Part shown: piece by piece, positions 19,801 to 20,000 of the stretch
Layout: the number at the start of each line of letters is the position of its first letter
Numbering within the stretch: position 1 is the stretch's first letter
Assembly (NCBI RefSeq): GCF_000281045.1
Contig: NW_008246069.1
Location: forward strand, 812,634-832,633
DNA length: 20,000 nt
Direction of reading: 5' to 3'
From: Saprolegnia diclina VS20
Lineage: Eukaryota
Position numbers and translations under genes: made by a program
Notes under the pieces: generated by a model
What the model was told of the DNA's origin: nothing
Seen by the model: only the letters and a program-made list of their open reading frames with translations
The model's database searches: none

Positions 19801-20000
19801 GTCTCGCTCTCGTACGCCTTCTCAGTAACCCAGTCGCTCAACTGGTCGGTGCGCATGCTCTCGACCATCCAGACGCAAATGGTGTCTGTCGAGCGTGTTC
19901 ACAGCTATTGCATCATGGACACGGAAGCCGACCTCTACGCGCCGCAGCAGGTCCAAGCGCAGCTCCAAGCCCAAGGCTGGCCCACCCAAGGTCAAGTCAC
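16840..20000 (+). CDS. ABC transporter subfamily C (MRP-like), copy 2, 3'-truncated by the window end
   Basis: Absent from the ORF track because it runs off the end. Frame from ATG 16840: MAPTTKLERVPLL...VFFSWLTPLL; Walker A GSVGSGKST, Q-loop YVSQQPFIQN, signature EIGEKGINLSGGQR, Walker B YLLDDPLAAVD, TMD2 FFDTTPLGRIVNRLSKD. The window ends at GWPTQGQV, the start of NBD2. Confidence 0.93.
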   Translation, partial: MAPTTKLERVPLLVKNDGFGDTCPEEMGGCVSSVFFSWLTPLLDLGNQRPLEFGDLYQLNPSDRALRISATFQRYWDAELAKPNPRLWWALSKAFGAPFLVAGILKLIHDSLQFVGPLVIKLIIEFLSNPDADVNEGLVYAAIIFVSGVGQSFALRQYFFYCFETGLRLRSAIVTAVYHKSLVLSASAKGARSTGEITNLMSIDAQRLQEITNYLHAIWYALFQIVVSSYLLYLQLGVAFLAGVAVMLLIIPTTAAISTMMRSLQQRLMKVKDERVKVVYEVLSGIKVIKLQAWENSFTSRVMEFRTNELDRLRTYIYARSFSSVVFNGVPSLVTVASFAAYIYLGNTLDVGTALTSLALFNILRFPLFMLPNVINSLVEAQVSFTRLTEFFLLEERSPVTAGHLSDVGIAISKADFTYAATPTTAQETADAEVNGPILRNVSLNFGSNHLVAVVGSVGSGKSTLLSGVLGDATCSSGSVHLKGSIAYVSQQPFIQNATLRDNITFGLPFDHAKYQNAIRVSSLAADLKILPGGDLTEIGEKGINLSGGQRTRVASARAVYQDADIYLLDDPLAAVDSHVGSDIFKQCIQTALKGKLVVLVTNGLQFLKDCDAVVVLADGKVAEHGTFADLVALENGVLATLMQSVQQAPAEEVYDAATTPETEVVDDVDGAIAVDVEKRRRTSSARSDIENDRGAEGNLIVDEDRATGDVPWATYKVWIRACGGFGVAFWVVFFYILSQVVNIGSTFWLSYWSEQAGSSQSDQLYYFWIFTAMNAGYTLTLYVRIMALYLAGLRGSKLLFNQLLAQVLRAPMSFFDTTPLGRIVNRLSKDVYAIDESIPANWGMLFGTLFSVISTLATIVYVTPYFSVVLLPLGYMYYRSQRFFVKTSRELQRLDSISRSPIYALLTETLEGIATIRAFGAETQFAARNEELLDRNQRAYFLNFSANCWLALRLEFAGTVVATAAALFAVFGHEADNSVAFAGLAGVSLSYAFSVTQSLNWSVRMLSTIQTQMVSVERVHSYCIMDTEADLYAPQQVQAQLQAQGWPTQGQV

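Overview
Eukaryotic, gene-dense, GC-rich window with very short (40-52 nt) GT-AG introns and Inr+FPR-type core promoters. This pattern fits an oomycete, probably Saprolegniales (inference). Contents in order: a low-complexity nuclear-type hypothetical protein (-); a 5-exon XRP2/RP2-like TBCC-domain ARL3-GAP homolog (-), head-to-head with a 7-exon membrane-anchored pepsin-family aspartic protease that appears to lack a prosegment (+); a 4-TM MARVEL/CASP-like protein (-); a doubtful small basic ORF (+); a head-to-head paralog pair of MLO-like 7-TM proteins, each ending in a degenerate EF-hand pair; and two tandem ABCC/MRP transporters (+). The first transporter has both nucleotide-binding domains hidden in N gaps and the second runs off the window end. 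The most notable items are the MLO-EF-hand pair, a perfect 35-bp palindrome and a dense TGACG cluster upstream of the first ABCC gene, and gaps that coincide with the NBDs of one paralog. All family calls come from motif recognition by eye; no searches were run.
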